A stretch of DNA of 40,853 nt, from contig USJU01000001.1 of the NCBI GenBank assembly GCA_900555085.1, positions 1 to 40,853 of the forward strand, written 5' to 3'. The translations under genes and the position numbers were made by a program. This document shows positions 1-11,227 of the stretch, piece after piece. Position 1 is the first letter of the stretch. Every line of letters begins with the position of its first letter. The notes beneath the pieces are model-generated. The model searched no databases and had not been told where the DNA came from. It was given only the letters and a program-made list of their open reading frames with translations. This stretch comes from an uncultured Clostridium sp. (GTDB lineage Bacteria > Bacillota > Clostridia > TANB77 > CAG-508).

Positions 1-190
1 GGTCAGGTATGGTACTCAATAACATCATAAGATGATGTATTTTGACGTCGATATTAGCTGCTGACAGCACGGAAATATTGGTCGGCTCTACGCTGAAAAA
101 TGCAATTTCAGCCTTGTCGGATTTTACTCCGAAACGAGTAAAGCGTTCAAGACCTATCAAGCCCTGAACGCTGTTTTTGTTCTTTGTCAT
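1..190 (-). CDS. partial CDS (N-terminal 63 codons, runs off the left edge); tentatively the N-terminus of a VirB4-like conjugative-transfer ATPase of a Firmicutes ICE
   Basis: ATG at 188-190 (minus) follows the SD GGAGGAAAG (plus CTTTCCTCC, 196-204). The translation is MTKNKNSVQGLIGLERFTRFGVKSDKAEIAFFSVEPTNISVLSAANIDVKIHHLMMLLSTIPD. From memory this resembles the N-termini of CD1110-type VirB4-like ATPases. G+C is about 40% by hand count, clearly above the rest of the window. Confidence 0.4.
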   Translation of the reverse strand, partial: MTKNKNSVQGLIGLERFTRFGVKSDKAEIAFFSVEPTNISVLSAANIDVKIHHLMMLLSTIPD

Positions 191-253
191 TTAATCTTTC
201 CTCCATAAATACAATATTGTAATTATTAAAAATATTATAATTTTCATATTTTC

Positions 254-2515
254 CTACTTTCTAGCAAATTTTCTTTCAATGTCGTATTTTGTCATTTTTA
301 TAGCTGTTGGTCTTCCGTGTGGACATGTAAATGGATTTGGTAATTCTAATAATTTGTCCATTAAGCTGTCTACTTCTTCTTTTGTTAATGCCATATGTGC
401 TTTAACAGCTGCTTTGCAGGCAACAGTTGCTATAAATCTTTCTTCTATTTCTTGTTTTGCTGTTCTTGCTACTGTATTTATTTCGTCTAGTGTTTCTAAG
501 AATAATTCTTTTGTATCTAAGTCTAGCAATATACTTGGTGTTCCTGAAATTTTTATTGTATTTTCTCCAAATTCTTCTATTATAAATCCTGCTTTTTCAA
601 ATAATTCTAAATTATCTTTTGCTATATTCATTTCTTTGTGTGTTAATGTTATTATGTCTGGCAGAATCATAAGTTGTGAGTCTTTTTCTGTTTCTTTATA
701 GAAATTCTTTTTTACTTTTTCATACATAATTCTTTCGTGTGCAGCATGTTGATCTATTATGTACATTTCTTTATCCATTTCTATTATTATGTATGTTTTA
801 AAGGCTATTCCTATAAATTTATAAAATGGCTTACTTTTATATACTTCGCTGTCTTCAAATACAGATATATTTTTTGTTTCTGCTAAATTCATATCCTCAT
901 ATGATATTGCATTTTCTTCCTTTTTTTCTTCTACTTTTTCTGTTTCTGGTAATTTTCCAAATGTTTTTAAATACATTTCATTAAAGTCAACATTGTTTAT
1001 ATTTTCTTTCAATTTTTGTAATTCATCTAATTTTTCGAATACTGTTTTTTCTTCTGGATTTTTTTCTTTTTCATTTGTTTCTTGTTCATTTAATTCTGTT
1101 TCTTCTATTTCTTTTGCCTCTTGATTTTGCTCTATTGATTCTAAATTTTTCAATGGTTCTGTTTCTTGTATTTTTTGTTCTATTGCTTCGTTTATAATAT
1201 CTTTATTTTTTATTATGTTTTCTATTTCTTTATCTTCAAATATTTTTTCTTTTTCCTCTATTACAGGCTTTGTTTCTTGTTCTTCTGTTTCATTCAAGTT
1301 CATTTCTGCTTTTGTATTTTCTTGAGATTTTGTTTCTGTTTTTGGTACTTCTAAATCATTTATAATTTTTCTTTGTAATTCTATTAATTTATTTAATGTT
1401 GAATTTGCATCTATTTTTTCTTCTACTTTTGGTTCCATATTCGCATTATTTCTAAATAATGAGTTTGATGGTATTTTAAAATTTTCTGCATTATTGCTTT
1501 TATCTCTTTCTGTATCTGTTACTAAATCATTTTTTAATAGAGTATCTTTTATTGAATGATATATTGCTTTAAATACTTTTTGTTCTTCTACAAATCTCAC
1601 TTCTAATTTTGCTGGATGAACGTTTACATCTACTTTGCTTGAATCCATTTCTATATTTAAAACTAAAAATGGATATTTTCCTATTGGTAACATTCCTTTA
1701 AAACTTTTTTCTACTGCACTTGATAAGGTTTTATCTTTTATATATCTATCATTTACAAAAAATAATTGGTTACTTCTATTTGAACGTGCAATTCCTGGTT
1801 TTCCAACTACCCCTTTTATATGTAAATCTTCATATTGATAATCTACGTCTAAAACTTGTGTTGCAACATCTTTTCCATATATGCTATAAATTACATCTTT
1901 TAAATTTCCATTTCCTGTTGTTTGAATTACAACTTTACCGCTAGATATTAGTTTGAAAGCTATTTCTGGATGTATTAATGCAAGTCTTGTTATTGCATCT
2001 TCTATATAACCTGCTTCTGTAAAGTCTTTCTTTAAAAATTTATATCTTACTGGTGTATTAAAGAATAATTTTGTTACAGTAATCATTGTTCCAACCGGTG
2101 CTGCTATTTCTTGTTTTTCTAAAATATCCCCTGCTTCTACAACTATTTTATTTCCTGTTTGTAAATCTCCTGTTCTTGAAATCATTTCAACATTTGCAAT
2201 AGCTGCAATACTTGCTAGTGCCTCTCCTCTGAAACCCATAGATTTAACTGTTTTTAAATCTTCGGCTACTCTTATTTTACTGGTTGCATGTCTTTCAAAG
2301 GCTATTTCCATATCATCTGGCATAATTCCTTTTCCATCATCTGTAATTCTTATGTATGAAATTCCTCCATTTTTTATTTCTATATTAATATTTTTTGCTC
2401 CTGCATCTATTGAGTTTTCAACCATTTCTTTTACTACAGAAGCTGGTCTTTCTATAACTTCTCCTGCAGCAATTTGGTTAATTGTTAGTTCATCTAATAA
2501 AACTATTTTTCCCAT
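254..2515 (-). CDS. mutL: DNA mismatch repair protein MutL
   Basis: 753-aa ORF. The N-terminal GHKL ATPase region reads LDELTINQIAAGEVIERPASVVKEMVENSIDAG ... GFRGEALASI. The C-terminal dimerisation/endonuclease region reads DQHAAHERI ... FTCPHGRP. SD AAGGAG lies upstream. A long E/K/N-rich linker separates the two domains. Confidence 0.96.
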   Translation of the reverse strand: MGKIVLLDELTINQIAAGEVIERPASVVKEMVENSIDAGAKNINIEIKNGGISYIRITDDGKGIMPDDMEIAFERHATSKIRVAEDLKTVKSMGFRGEALASIAAIANVEMISRTGDLQTGNKIVVEAGDILEKQEIAAPVGTMITVTKLFFNTPVRYKFLKKDFTEAGYIEDAITRLALIHPEIAFKLISSGKVVIQTTGNGNLKDVIYSIYGKDVATQVLDVDYQYEDLHIKGVVGKPGIARSNRSNQLFFVNDRYIKDKTLSSAVEKSFKGMLPIGKYPFLVLNIEMDSSKVDVNVHPAKLEVRFVEEQKVFKAIYHSIKDTLLKNDLVTDTERDKSNNAENFKIPSNSLFRNNANMEPKVEEKIDANSTLNKLIELQRKIINDLEVPKTETKSQENTKAEMNLNETEEQETKPVIEEKEKIFEDKEIENIIKNKDIINEAIEQKIQETEPLKNLESIEQNQEAKEIEETELNEQETNEKEKNPEEKTVFEKLDELQKLKENINNVDFNEMYLKTFGKLPETEKVEEKKEENAISYEDMNLAETKNISVFEDSEVYKSKPFYKFIGIAFKTYIIIEMDKEMYIIDQHAAHERIMYEKVKKNFYKETEKDSQLMILPDIITLTHKEMNIAKDNLELFEKAGFIIEEFGENTIKISGTPSILLDLDTKELFLETLDEINTVARTAKQEIEERFIATVACKAAVKAHMALTKEEVDSLMDKLLELPNPFTCPHGRPTAIKMTKYDIERKFARK

Positions 2516-2809
2516 ATTTTTTCTCCTTCAACTATATATTAGAATTTTTCAAATGAATTATATCATTAAAATTTTATTTTTGTATAGTTTTTTACAACTT
2601 TTTTATTATTTAAATTAAATACAAAATTATATATATGTGGCTCCACGAGTATGAAACATTTTTCTTTCGAAAACATGCAGAAAGAAAATATCCTTCACAC
2701 TGCAAGATGGAGCAGACTTCTATATAATTGTAACACAATTTCAAAAAATGAATATTATATACCATACTAAGAAGTAAAGCTTAGGTTCTTATATAAGGAG
2801 GTAGCTATT

Positions 2810-2944
2810 ATGGGAAATTGTTGCTGCGGAAATGACAACATTTTATGGTTCATCATTTTATTCCTTCTTCTTTTCTGTGGAGGATGCGGAAACAGATGCT
2901 GCGACAGAGGAAACTGTGGTTGCAACGATGGATGCGGATGTTAG
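2810..2944 (+). CDS. 44-aa Cys/Gly-rich single-TM micro-protein (resembles the YjcZ/tiny-TM sporulation peptide class)
   Basis: Not in the ORF track because it is too short. SD AAGGAGG lies 7 nt upstream of the ATG. Translation: MGNCCCGNDNILWFIILFLLLFCGGCGNRCCDRGNCGCNDGCGC. A hydrophobic core is flanked by C/G/N-rich tails. Confidence 0.6.
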   Translation: MGNCCCGNDNILWFIILFLLLFCGGCGNRCCDRGNCGCNDGCGC

Positions 2945-2985
2945 TCTTATGAAAAAAATGTACTTATTGAAAGGGGGGAAATGTT

Positions 2986-3102
2986 ATGCCAGAAAATAGA
3001 GGATGCGGATGCGGTTGCGGATTTGGTGGTGACTGCTGTTGGATAATAATATTATTCATATTAATAATTTGCTGCTGTGGAAATAACAACGGATGTTGCT
3101 AA
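2986..3102 (+). CDS. 38-aa Cys/Gly-rich single-TM micro-protein, paralogue of the preceding one
   Basis: SD AAGGGGGGAA lies upstream of the ATG at 2986. Translation: MPENRGCGCGCGFGGDCCWIIILFILIICCCGNNNGCC. The architecture matches 2810-2944. A hairpin terminator follows. Confidence 0.6.
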   Translation: MPENRGCGCGCGFGGDCCWIIILFILIICCCGNNNGCC

Positions 3103-3118
3103 TTTTTAAACACAAACT

Positions 3119-3150
3119 TAAGGGAGCCTTTTAGCTCCCTTGTTTTATTT

Positions 3151-3151
<1 letters not shown>
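3119..3151. terminator. bidirectional intrinsic terminator between the micro-ORFs (+) and groEL (-)
   Basis: Stem AAGGGAGC / GCTCCCTT with loop CTTTTA, followed by GTTTTATTTTT. It lies between two convergent genes. Confidence 0.6.
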
Positions 3152-5164
<2,013 letters not shown>

Positions 5165-5195
5165 TAATTTATACCCATTTAATAAAATTGTCAAT
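5165..5195 (-). promoter_or_regulatory. sigma-A-type promoter of groESL
   Basis: The minus strand reads TTGACA (plus 5189-5194), a spacer of about 16-17 nt, then TATAAAT, immediately upstream of CIRCE. Confidence 0.5.
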
Positions 5196-5250
5196 ACATA
5201 TTATCATTTTTCACAATAAATTCACATTTAATAGTAATTATTATAAAGAC

Positions 5251-5381
5251 AAAATAATAATTAAGATCAAATTTCGCGAAGCAAGTGGGGACCTTTCCGG
5301 CATTCTTCAAAATTCTTTGAATTTTGTTAGAAGGACGTGAATGGGGAGCTTCGATGAAATTTTAGATTAATTTATTATTTT
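5251..5381. ncRNA. candidate structured RNA or palindromic element (unidentified family, strand unknown)
   Basis: An AT-rich imperfect inverted repeat of about 32 nt (5251-5282 pairing with 5348-5381) encloses a GC-richer core. The core contains a perfect hairpin CAAAATTC-TTT-GAATTTTG (5308-5326). There is no ORF or RBS. It lies between the pyrG terminator and the groES promoter. Confidence 0.3.
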
Positions 5382-5407
5382 GGCTCATTTTATATTTTCT
5401 AAAATAA

Positions 5408-5441
5408 TAAAAGTACAAGCAGATTGCCTGTACTTTTATTA
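5408..5441. terminator. intrinsic terminator downstream of pyrG
   Basis: Hairpin AAAGTACAAGC-AGATT-GCCTGTACTTT (one mismatch) with U-runs on both strands. Confidence 0.6.
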
Positions 5442-5472
5442 TATGTTTATTATCTAGTATATAGAACAATAT

Positions 5473-7080
<1,608 letters not shown>

Positions 7081-7113
7081 TCATATATTATTTTATAAAA
7101 TAAAAAATAGATT

Positions 7114-7148
7114 AAAAAAACAAATCCGAAAAATTCGGTTTTTTTTTA
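7114..7148 (-). promoter_or_regulatory. terminator-like hairpin in the pyrG leader (possible attenuator)
   Basis: The minus strand reads AAACCGAA-TTT-TTCGGATTT followed by GTTTTTTT. It lies between the putative promoter and the pyrG SD. Gram-positive pyrG genes are known to be controlled by leader attenuation. Confidence 0.35.
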
Positions 7149-7161
7149 ATCTATGTTTAAA

Positions 7162-7190
7162 ATTATAACATTACATTTTTTATATTGCAA
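7162..7190 (-). promoter_or_regulatory. sigma-A-type promoter of pyrG
   Basis: The minus strand has TTGCAA (7185-7190), a 17-nt spacer and TATAAT (7162-7167). Confidence 0.5.
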
Positions 7191-7293
7191 GTAAAAATCC
7201 GAGAAAAAAATTCATTCTCTATTTTTTAATTTACATATTTACTTTTTACATTTTGTGTTATAATAACAAAAAATGTTTTAGGAGGTATTTTTT

Positions 7294-8037
7294 ATGACAC
7301 CACATAATGAAGCTAAAAAAGAAGATATTTCAAATATTGTTATTATGCCGGGGGATCCTCTTCGTGCTAAATATATTGCAGAAAATTTTTTAGATGATTA
7401 TAAACTTGTTAGTTCTGTTAGAAATATTTATGCTTTTACTGGTTCTTATAAAGGCAAAAGAATTACTGTTATGGCATCTGGTATGGGTATGCCTAGTATG
7501 GGAATTTATTCTTATGAACTTTATAAGTTTTATGATGTTGATACAATTATTAGAATTGGATCTTGCGGAGGTTATTCTCCAGATTTAAAACTTTTTGATA
7601 TTATTTTATCTGAACAAGTTTTTTCTGAAAGTAATTATGCTTTAAATGCAAATAATGAAGATTGCCATTTAGTTAAGGCATCTGATGAAATTAATAATAT
7701 TATTGAAAAAACTTCTATAGATATAAATATTCCTGTTGTTAAAGGTACAACTGCTTGTACTGAATGTTTTGATTTATATATGTCAGACGTTCATAAGGTT
7801 TTAGATAGAATTCCTAGTGATTTAAAACCTATTGGTTCTGAAATGGAAGCTTTTGCATTATTTTATAATGCTAAAATGCTTGGTAAAAAAGCATCTTGCT
7901 TAATGAGTGTTGTTGATATTAATGTCGATACTGACGGACCTAAAGCCAGTGCAACTGCTGAAGAACGTGAAACTGGTTTAAATAATATGATTACATTAGC
8001 ATTGGAAAGTGCATTGAATATATCATTTTTTAAATAA
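7294..8037 (+). CDS. deoD: purine nucleoside phosphorylase, DeoD type
   Basis: 247-aa ORF. MPGDPLRAKYIAENFL ... FTGSYKGKRITVMASGMGMPSMGIY ... IRIGSCGG is typical of the PNP/UDP-1 family. SD AGGAGG lies upstream. Confidence 0.9.
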   Translation: MTPHNEAKKEDISNIVIMPGDPLRAKYIAENFLDDYKLVSSVRNIYAFTGSYKGKRITVMASGMGMPSMGIYSYELYKFYDVDTIIRIGSCGGYSPDLKLFDIILSEQVFSESNYALNANNEDCHLVKASDEINNIIEKTSIDINIPVVKGTTACTECFDLYMSDVHKVLDRIPSDLKPIGSEMEAFALFYNAKMLGKKASCLMSVVDINVDTDGPKASATAEERETGLNNMITLALESALNISFFK

Positions 8038-8048
8038 ATTCTTTGAGC

Positions 8049-8070
8049 GGGTCGACAGAGGCGTCGACCC
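8049..8070. terminator. GC-rich hairpin between convergent deoD and dgkA
   Basis: GGGTCGAC-AGAGGC-GTCGACCC, a perfect 8-bp stem. The flanking U-runs are weak. Confidence 0.4.
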
Positions 8071-8071
8071 C

Positions 8072-8416
8072 CTACAATTTAGGTATAAATATTATTAATC
8101 CTATTATTGCACTTGATATTGCTACTATTAGCACTGCTCCTGCTGATACATCTTTTGCTATTTTTGCTTTTTCATTTTTTTCTGGCATTGCTATATCTAC
8201 TGTTTGTTCTATTGCTGTATTGAACATTTCTGCTCCTATTACTATTCCGAATAATATTATGCATATTATCCATTCTATTTTACTTATTTTTAGTATTATT
8301 CCTGCTATTATTACAAGTATCATTATTATAAAATGTATTTTCATATTTTGTTCTTTTTTTAATCCTGTGATTATTCCTTCAAATGCATATTTGAAGCTGT
8401 GTATTAATTTTTTCAT
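8072..8416 (-). CDS. dgkA: diacylglycerol/undecaprenol kinase family membrane protein
   Basis: 114 aa with three hydrophobic segments. SFKYAFEGI...E.N...H and GAEMFNTAIE..VD are typical of prokaryotic DAGK. Confidence 0.85.
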   Translation of the reverse strand: MKKLIHSFKYAFEGIITGLKKEQNMKIHFIIMILVIIAGIILKISKIEWIICIILFGIVIGAEMFNTAIEQTVDIAMPEKNEKAKIAKDVSAGAVLIVAISSAIIGLIIFIPKL

Positions 8417-8418
8417 TT

Positions 8419-10152
8419 TTATAACCTTTCTTTTATTTTTTTTGCTAATTTTTCTGTTATTCCTGGTACTTTTGTTAGTTCTTCTATGCTTGCTTTTTTT
8501 ATTTCTTCTATTGAGCCGAATTCTTTTAATAGCTTTTTCTTTTTTACTTCTCCTATTCCGTCTATTTCATCTAAAATAGATTTTGTGAGCTGGCTTTCTC
8601 TTAGTTTTCTATGGTAATTTATTGCTGTTTCGTGTACACAGTCTTGAAATTCTGTTATTTTATTCATTAGTCTTTCTGATAGTTTTATTTCATTTCTTTG
8701 TTCGTCTATAAGTGCTCGTGTTCTATGTTTATCGTTTTTTACCATTCCGTATAAGGCTATTTGATCTTCTAGTCCTAGTTTATTTATTATTTCTCTTGTT
8801 GCTCGTATTTGTGTTATTCCTCCATCTACAAATATTGCATCTGGCAGACTTCCAAATCCACTTTTATTTTCGCCTATTGAGTGTTTTAGTCTTCTTTCTA
8901 TAACTTCTGCCATACATTTTGGGTCATCTTGTCCAAATACTGTTTTTATTTTAAATCTTCTTGATAGATTCTTTTTAATATATCCATCTTGCATTACACA
9001 CATACCTGCTACAATGTTTGTTCCTGAAATGTTTGATATATCAAATGTTTCTATTTTTCTTGGTAATTTTTCTAACCCTAATGTTTCTTTTAATTCTAAT
9101 AATATACTTTGTTTTTCTTCGTTTTTATTTTTTAGTGTTACTTGTGCATTGTTTTCCGCCATTTCTACAAATCTTAATTTTGTTCCTTTTTGAGGAACTT
9201 TTATTTCAACTTTTCTTCCCGCTTCTTTTCCCAGCATTTCTTGCAATAATTCTTTATCTTCTATTTCTGTTCCTATCATTATTTTATTAGGAAGTTCAGC
9301 TCTTCCAATATAGTATTGTTTTATAAATCCGGAAATTACTTCACTATCTTCCATATCATTTAGCTCTTTGAAAAAATAATGCTCTCTTCCTACCATTTTA
9401 CTGTTTCTAACAAAAAATATTTCAATACAAATTTCAAGCTCATTTCTTGCAATACCTATAACATCTATATTGTTTTCAGATATATTTGAAACTTTTTGTT
9501 TTTCGGTTACTCTTTCTATTGCAAGTTTCTTATCTCGTATATATGCTGCATTTTCAAAGTCTAATTTTGCAGATGCTTCTTTCATTTGAGCATCTAGTTC
9601 TTTTAATATTTTGTCTGTTTTTCCATCTAATAGGTCTATTATTTCATTAATTTGTTTCATATAATCTTCTCTTGAAATATATCCCATACACGGTGCTGAA
9701 CATCTTTTTATATGGTAATTCAAACATGGTCTATCTTTATATTTAAAATTTTTGCATTGACGAATTTTATATTTTTGTTTTATAAAATCTACCATTTCTT
9801 TTGCTGCGCCAGCACTTACATAAGGGCCAAAATATTTTGAACCATCGTTTACAATTCTACGTGTTATAAATACGTTTGGAAATTCGGATTTAACATCTAT
9901 TTTTATATATGGATATGTTTTGTCATCTTTTAAAAGTACATTGAACTTTGGCTTGTACTTTTTTATTAAATTACATTCCAAAATTAAAGCCTCTGCTTCA
10001 TTATCTACAACAATATACTCGAAATGGTCTATTAATGAGACCATTTTTTTTATTCTTTCTGTTTTATTTGTTTTTCTAAAATATGACCTTACACGATTTT
10101 TTAAAGAAATTGCTTTTCCAACATATATAACATTATCTTCTTTGTCGTGCAT
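8419..10152 (-). CDS. uvrC: excinuclease ABC subunit C (UvrC); the true start is probably upstream at a non-ATG codon (about 10206)
   Basis: GIY-YIG region (VIYVGKAISLKNRVRSYF), a UvrBC-interaction region and a C-terminal HhH2 motif. The conserved LPGKPGVYIM segment lies in frame upstream of the first ATG. Confidence 0.93.
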   Translation of the reverse strand: MHDKEDNVIYVGKAISLKNRVRSYFRKTNKTERIKKMVSLIDHFEYIVVDNEAEALILECNLIKKYKPKFNVLLKDDKTYPYIKIDVKSEFPNVFITRRIVNDGSKYFGPYVSAGAAKEMVDFIKQKYKIRQCKNFKYKDRPCLNYHIKRCSAPCMGYISREDYMKQINEIIDLLDGKTDKILKELDAQMKEASAKLDFENAAYIRDKKLAIERVTEKQKVSNISENNIDVIGIARNELEICIEIFFVRNSKMVGREHYFFKELNDMEDSEVISGFIKQYYIGRAELPNKIMIGTEIEDKELLQEMLGKEAGRKVEIKVPQKGTKLRFVEMAENNAQVTLKNKNEEKQSILLELKETLGLEKLPRKIETFDISNISGTNIVAGMCVMQDGYIKKNLSRRFKIKTVFGQDDPKCMAEVIERRLKHSIGENKSGFGSLPDAIFVDGGITQIRATREIINKLGLEDQIALYGMVKNDKHRTRALIDEQRNEIKLSERLMNKITEFQDCVHETAINYHRKLRESQLTKSILDEIDGIGEVKKKKLLKEFGSIEEIKKASIEELTKVPGITEKLAKKIKERL

Positions 10153-10510
10153 TATATATACTCCAGGCTTTCCTGGTAATTTTTTTAGTTCATCTTCTAT
10201 AATAAATATTTTTAAGTCACCTCCAAAATATTTGTTTTATAAGAAATTTATATTATAAAACGTATTTTGATATTAACGAATTTATCATTTTTATATCTAC
10301 GTTAGATTTAAAATCAAATTGTAATATATCACCATTACTAAATGTCAATATTAATTCACTATCTATATCTAAAAATCCTGCTGTTTCAATTCCATAATAT
10401 TGTATTTTGGAATGTGGGTATATTTGGCATAATTAATTCCCCCTTTTTTTATTTTTTATATTATATCATATCATTTTATATTTACAAAATAAATTTATTT
10501 TGAGGAATGG

Positions 10511-10526
10511 CCTTCGGGTTATGAGC
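10511..10526. repeat. attL core (16-bp direct repeat)
   Basis: Identical to 34477-34492. Identity stops immediately on both sides. Confidence 0.75.
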
Positions 10527-10549
10527 GAGGTTTGACCGGTTTTTGTGGT

Positions 10550-10563
10550 TTTGTGAAAATTAG
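10550..10563. repeat. 14-nt repeat TTTGTGAAAATTAG, inverted copy of 34111-34124
   Basis: It is the reverse complement of CTAATTTTCACAAA at 34111-34124, next to a second AAATTTTCAC at 34128-34137. Candidate recombinase or accessory-factor site. Confidence 0.4.
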
Positions 10564-10632
10564 AGTTTTTGTTGGTATTTCAGTATTTACAAAAGTTTTA
10601 ATTTATAGAACATTTGTGTTTTTTTAGGGCAT

Positions 10633-10664
10633 GAGGTATTTATTTTACCCAATTTTTACCCAAT
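10633..10664. repeat. 32-nt arm-type repeat (left copy), internally 2x TTTTACCCAAT
   Basis: GAGGTATTTATTTTACCCAATTTTTACCCAAT is identical to 34331-34362. Both copies lie just inside the element ends. Confidence 0.65.
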
Positions 10665-10751
10665 GGGTATGGTACGTTTGTTCTTAGAACTTTGGCTCTT
10701 GTGGATACTTTTAGAAAATGAAAAATTTTAATTTTTAGGAGGATTTAGATT

Positions 10752-11045
10752 ATGAATAATTTAAGAGAAGTTAATGATGATATTTTGAACGATTGGTTAG
10801 AATTTAGAGAGGAAACTTTTCTTTGCCAACTTTCTGATAAGGATTATAAGTATAGTTTGAATTTTGATAAGTTTTGTGAAAAGATTTTGCGTAATGTTTC
10901 TAAAGATAATAAACAGTTTGTTCAGTCGCAACTTGATAAATTGTATGATGATTTTATGATGTATCTTGATTATTGGAACGAGAAGTATTATAGGAATGGT
11001 TTTTGTGATGGGGTGCAGTTGATTGGTGGTAGTTTTGATAATTAA
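10752..11045 (+). CDS. hypothetical 97-aa acidic protein
   Basis: Strong SD (TAGGAGGA) upstream and a long hairpin terminator downstream. No motif recognised. Confidence 0.6.
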   Translation: MNNLREVNDDILNDWLEFREETFLCQLSDKDYKYSLNFDKFCEKILRNVSKDNKQFVQSQLDKLYDDFMMYLDYWNEKYYRNGFCDGVQLIGGSFDN

Positions 11046-11057
11046 TTAAATATGTTT

Positions 11058-11098
11058 TCCAAAGTTTTTTCAAAATTTTGAAAAACTTTGGATTTTTA
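11058..11098 (+). terminator. intrinsic terminator after the 97-aa ORF
   Basis: TCCAAAGTTTTTTCAAAA / TTTTGAAAAACTTTGGA, a long stem with one bulge, followed by TTTTT. Confidence 0.6.
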
Positions 11099-11201
11099 TA
11101 TACTTTTTTCAAATTTATAAAAATGATCTGTAGATTATCTTGTTAATTGTATAAAAATAAAATAAGAACAGATTTTAAAATTATATTACTTATTGTATAT
11201 C

Positions 11202-11226
11202 AAAAAAGACGAGTTAACTCTCGTCT
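11202..11226 (-). terminator. intrinsic terminator of the HEPN/RT operon
   Basis: The minus strand reads GACGAG-AGTTAA-CTCGTC followed by TTTTTT, immediately after the RT stop codon. Confidence 0.65.
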
Positions 11227-11227
11227 C

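Noticed and set aside
880-1560. An E/K/N/I-rich low-complexity segment of about 230 aa in the middle of MutL, considered as a possible insertion or separate feature.
   Set aside because: The MutL inter-domain linker is known to vary widely in length and composition. The frame is continuous, and both conserved domains are intact.
10253-10430. A small minus-strand gene between uvrC and attL. An ATG at 10428-10430 has a GGGGGAA SD, and an open frame of about 60 codons ends at 10253.
   Set aside because: The ATG frame stops after 14 codons. The longer open frame is +1 relative to it and has no start codon. It is at best a frameshifted remnant, and I recognised no motif.
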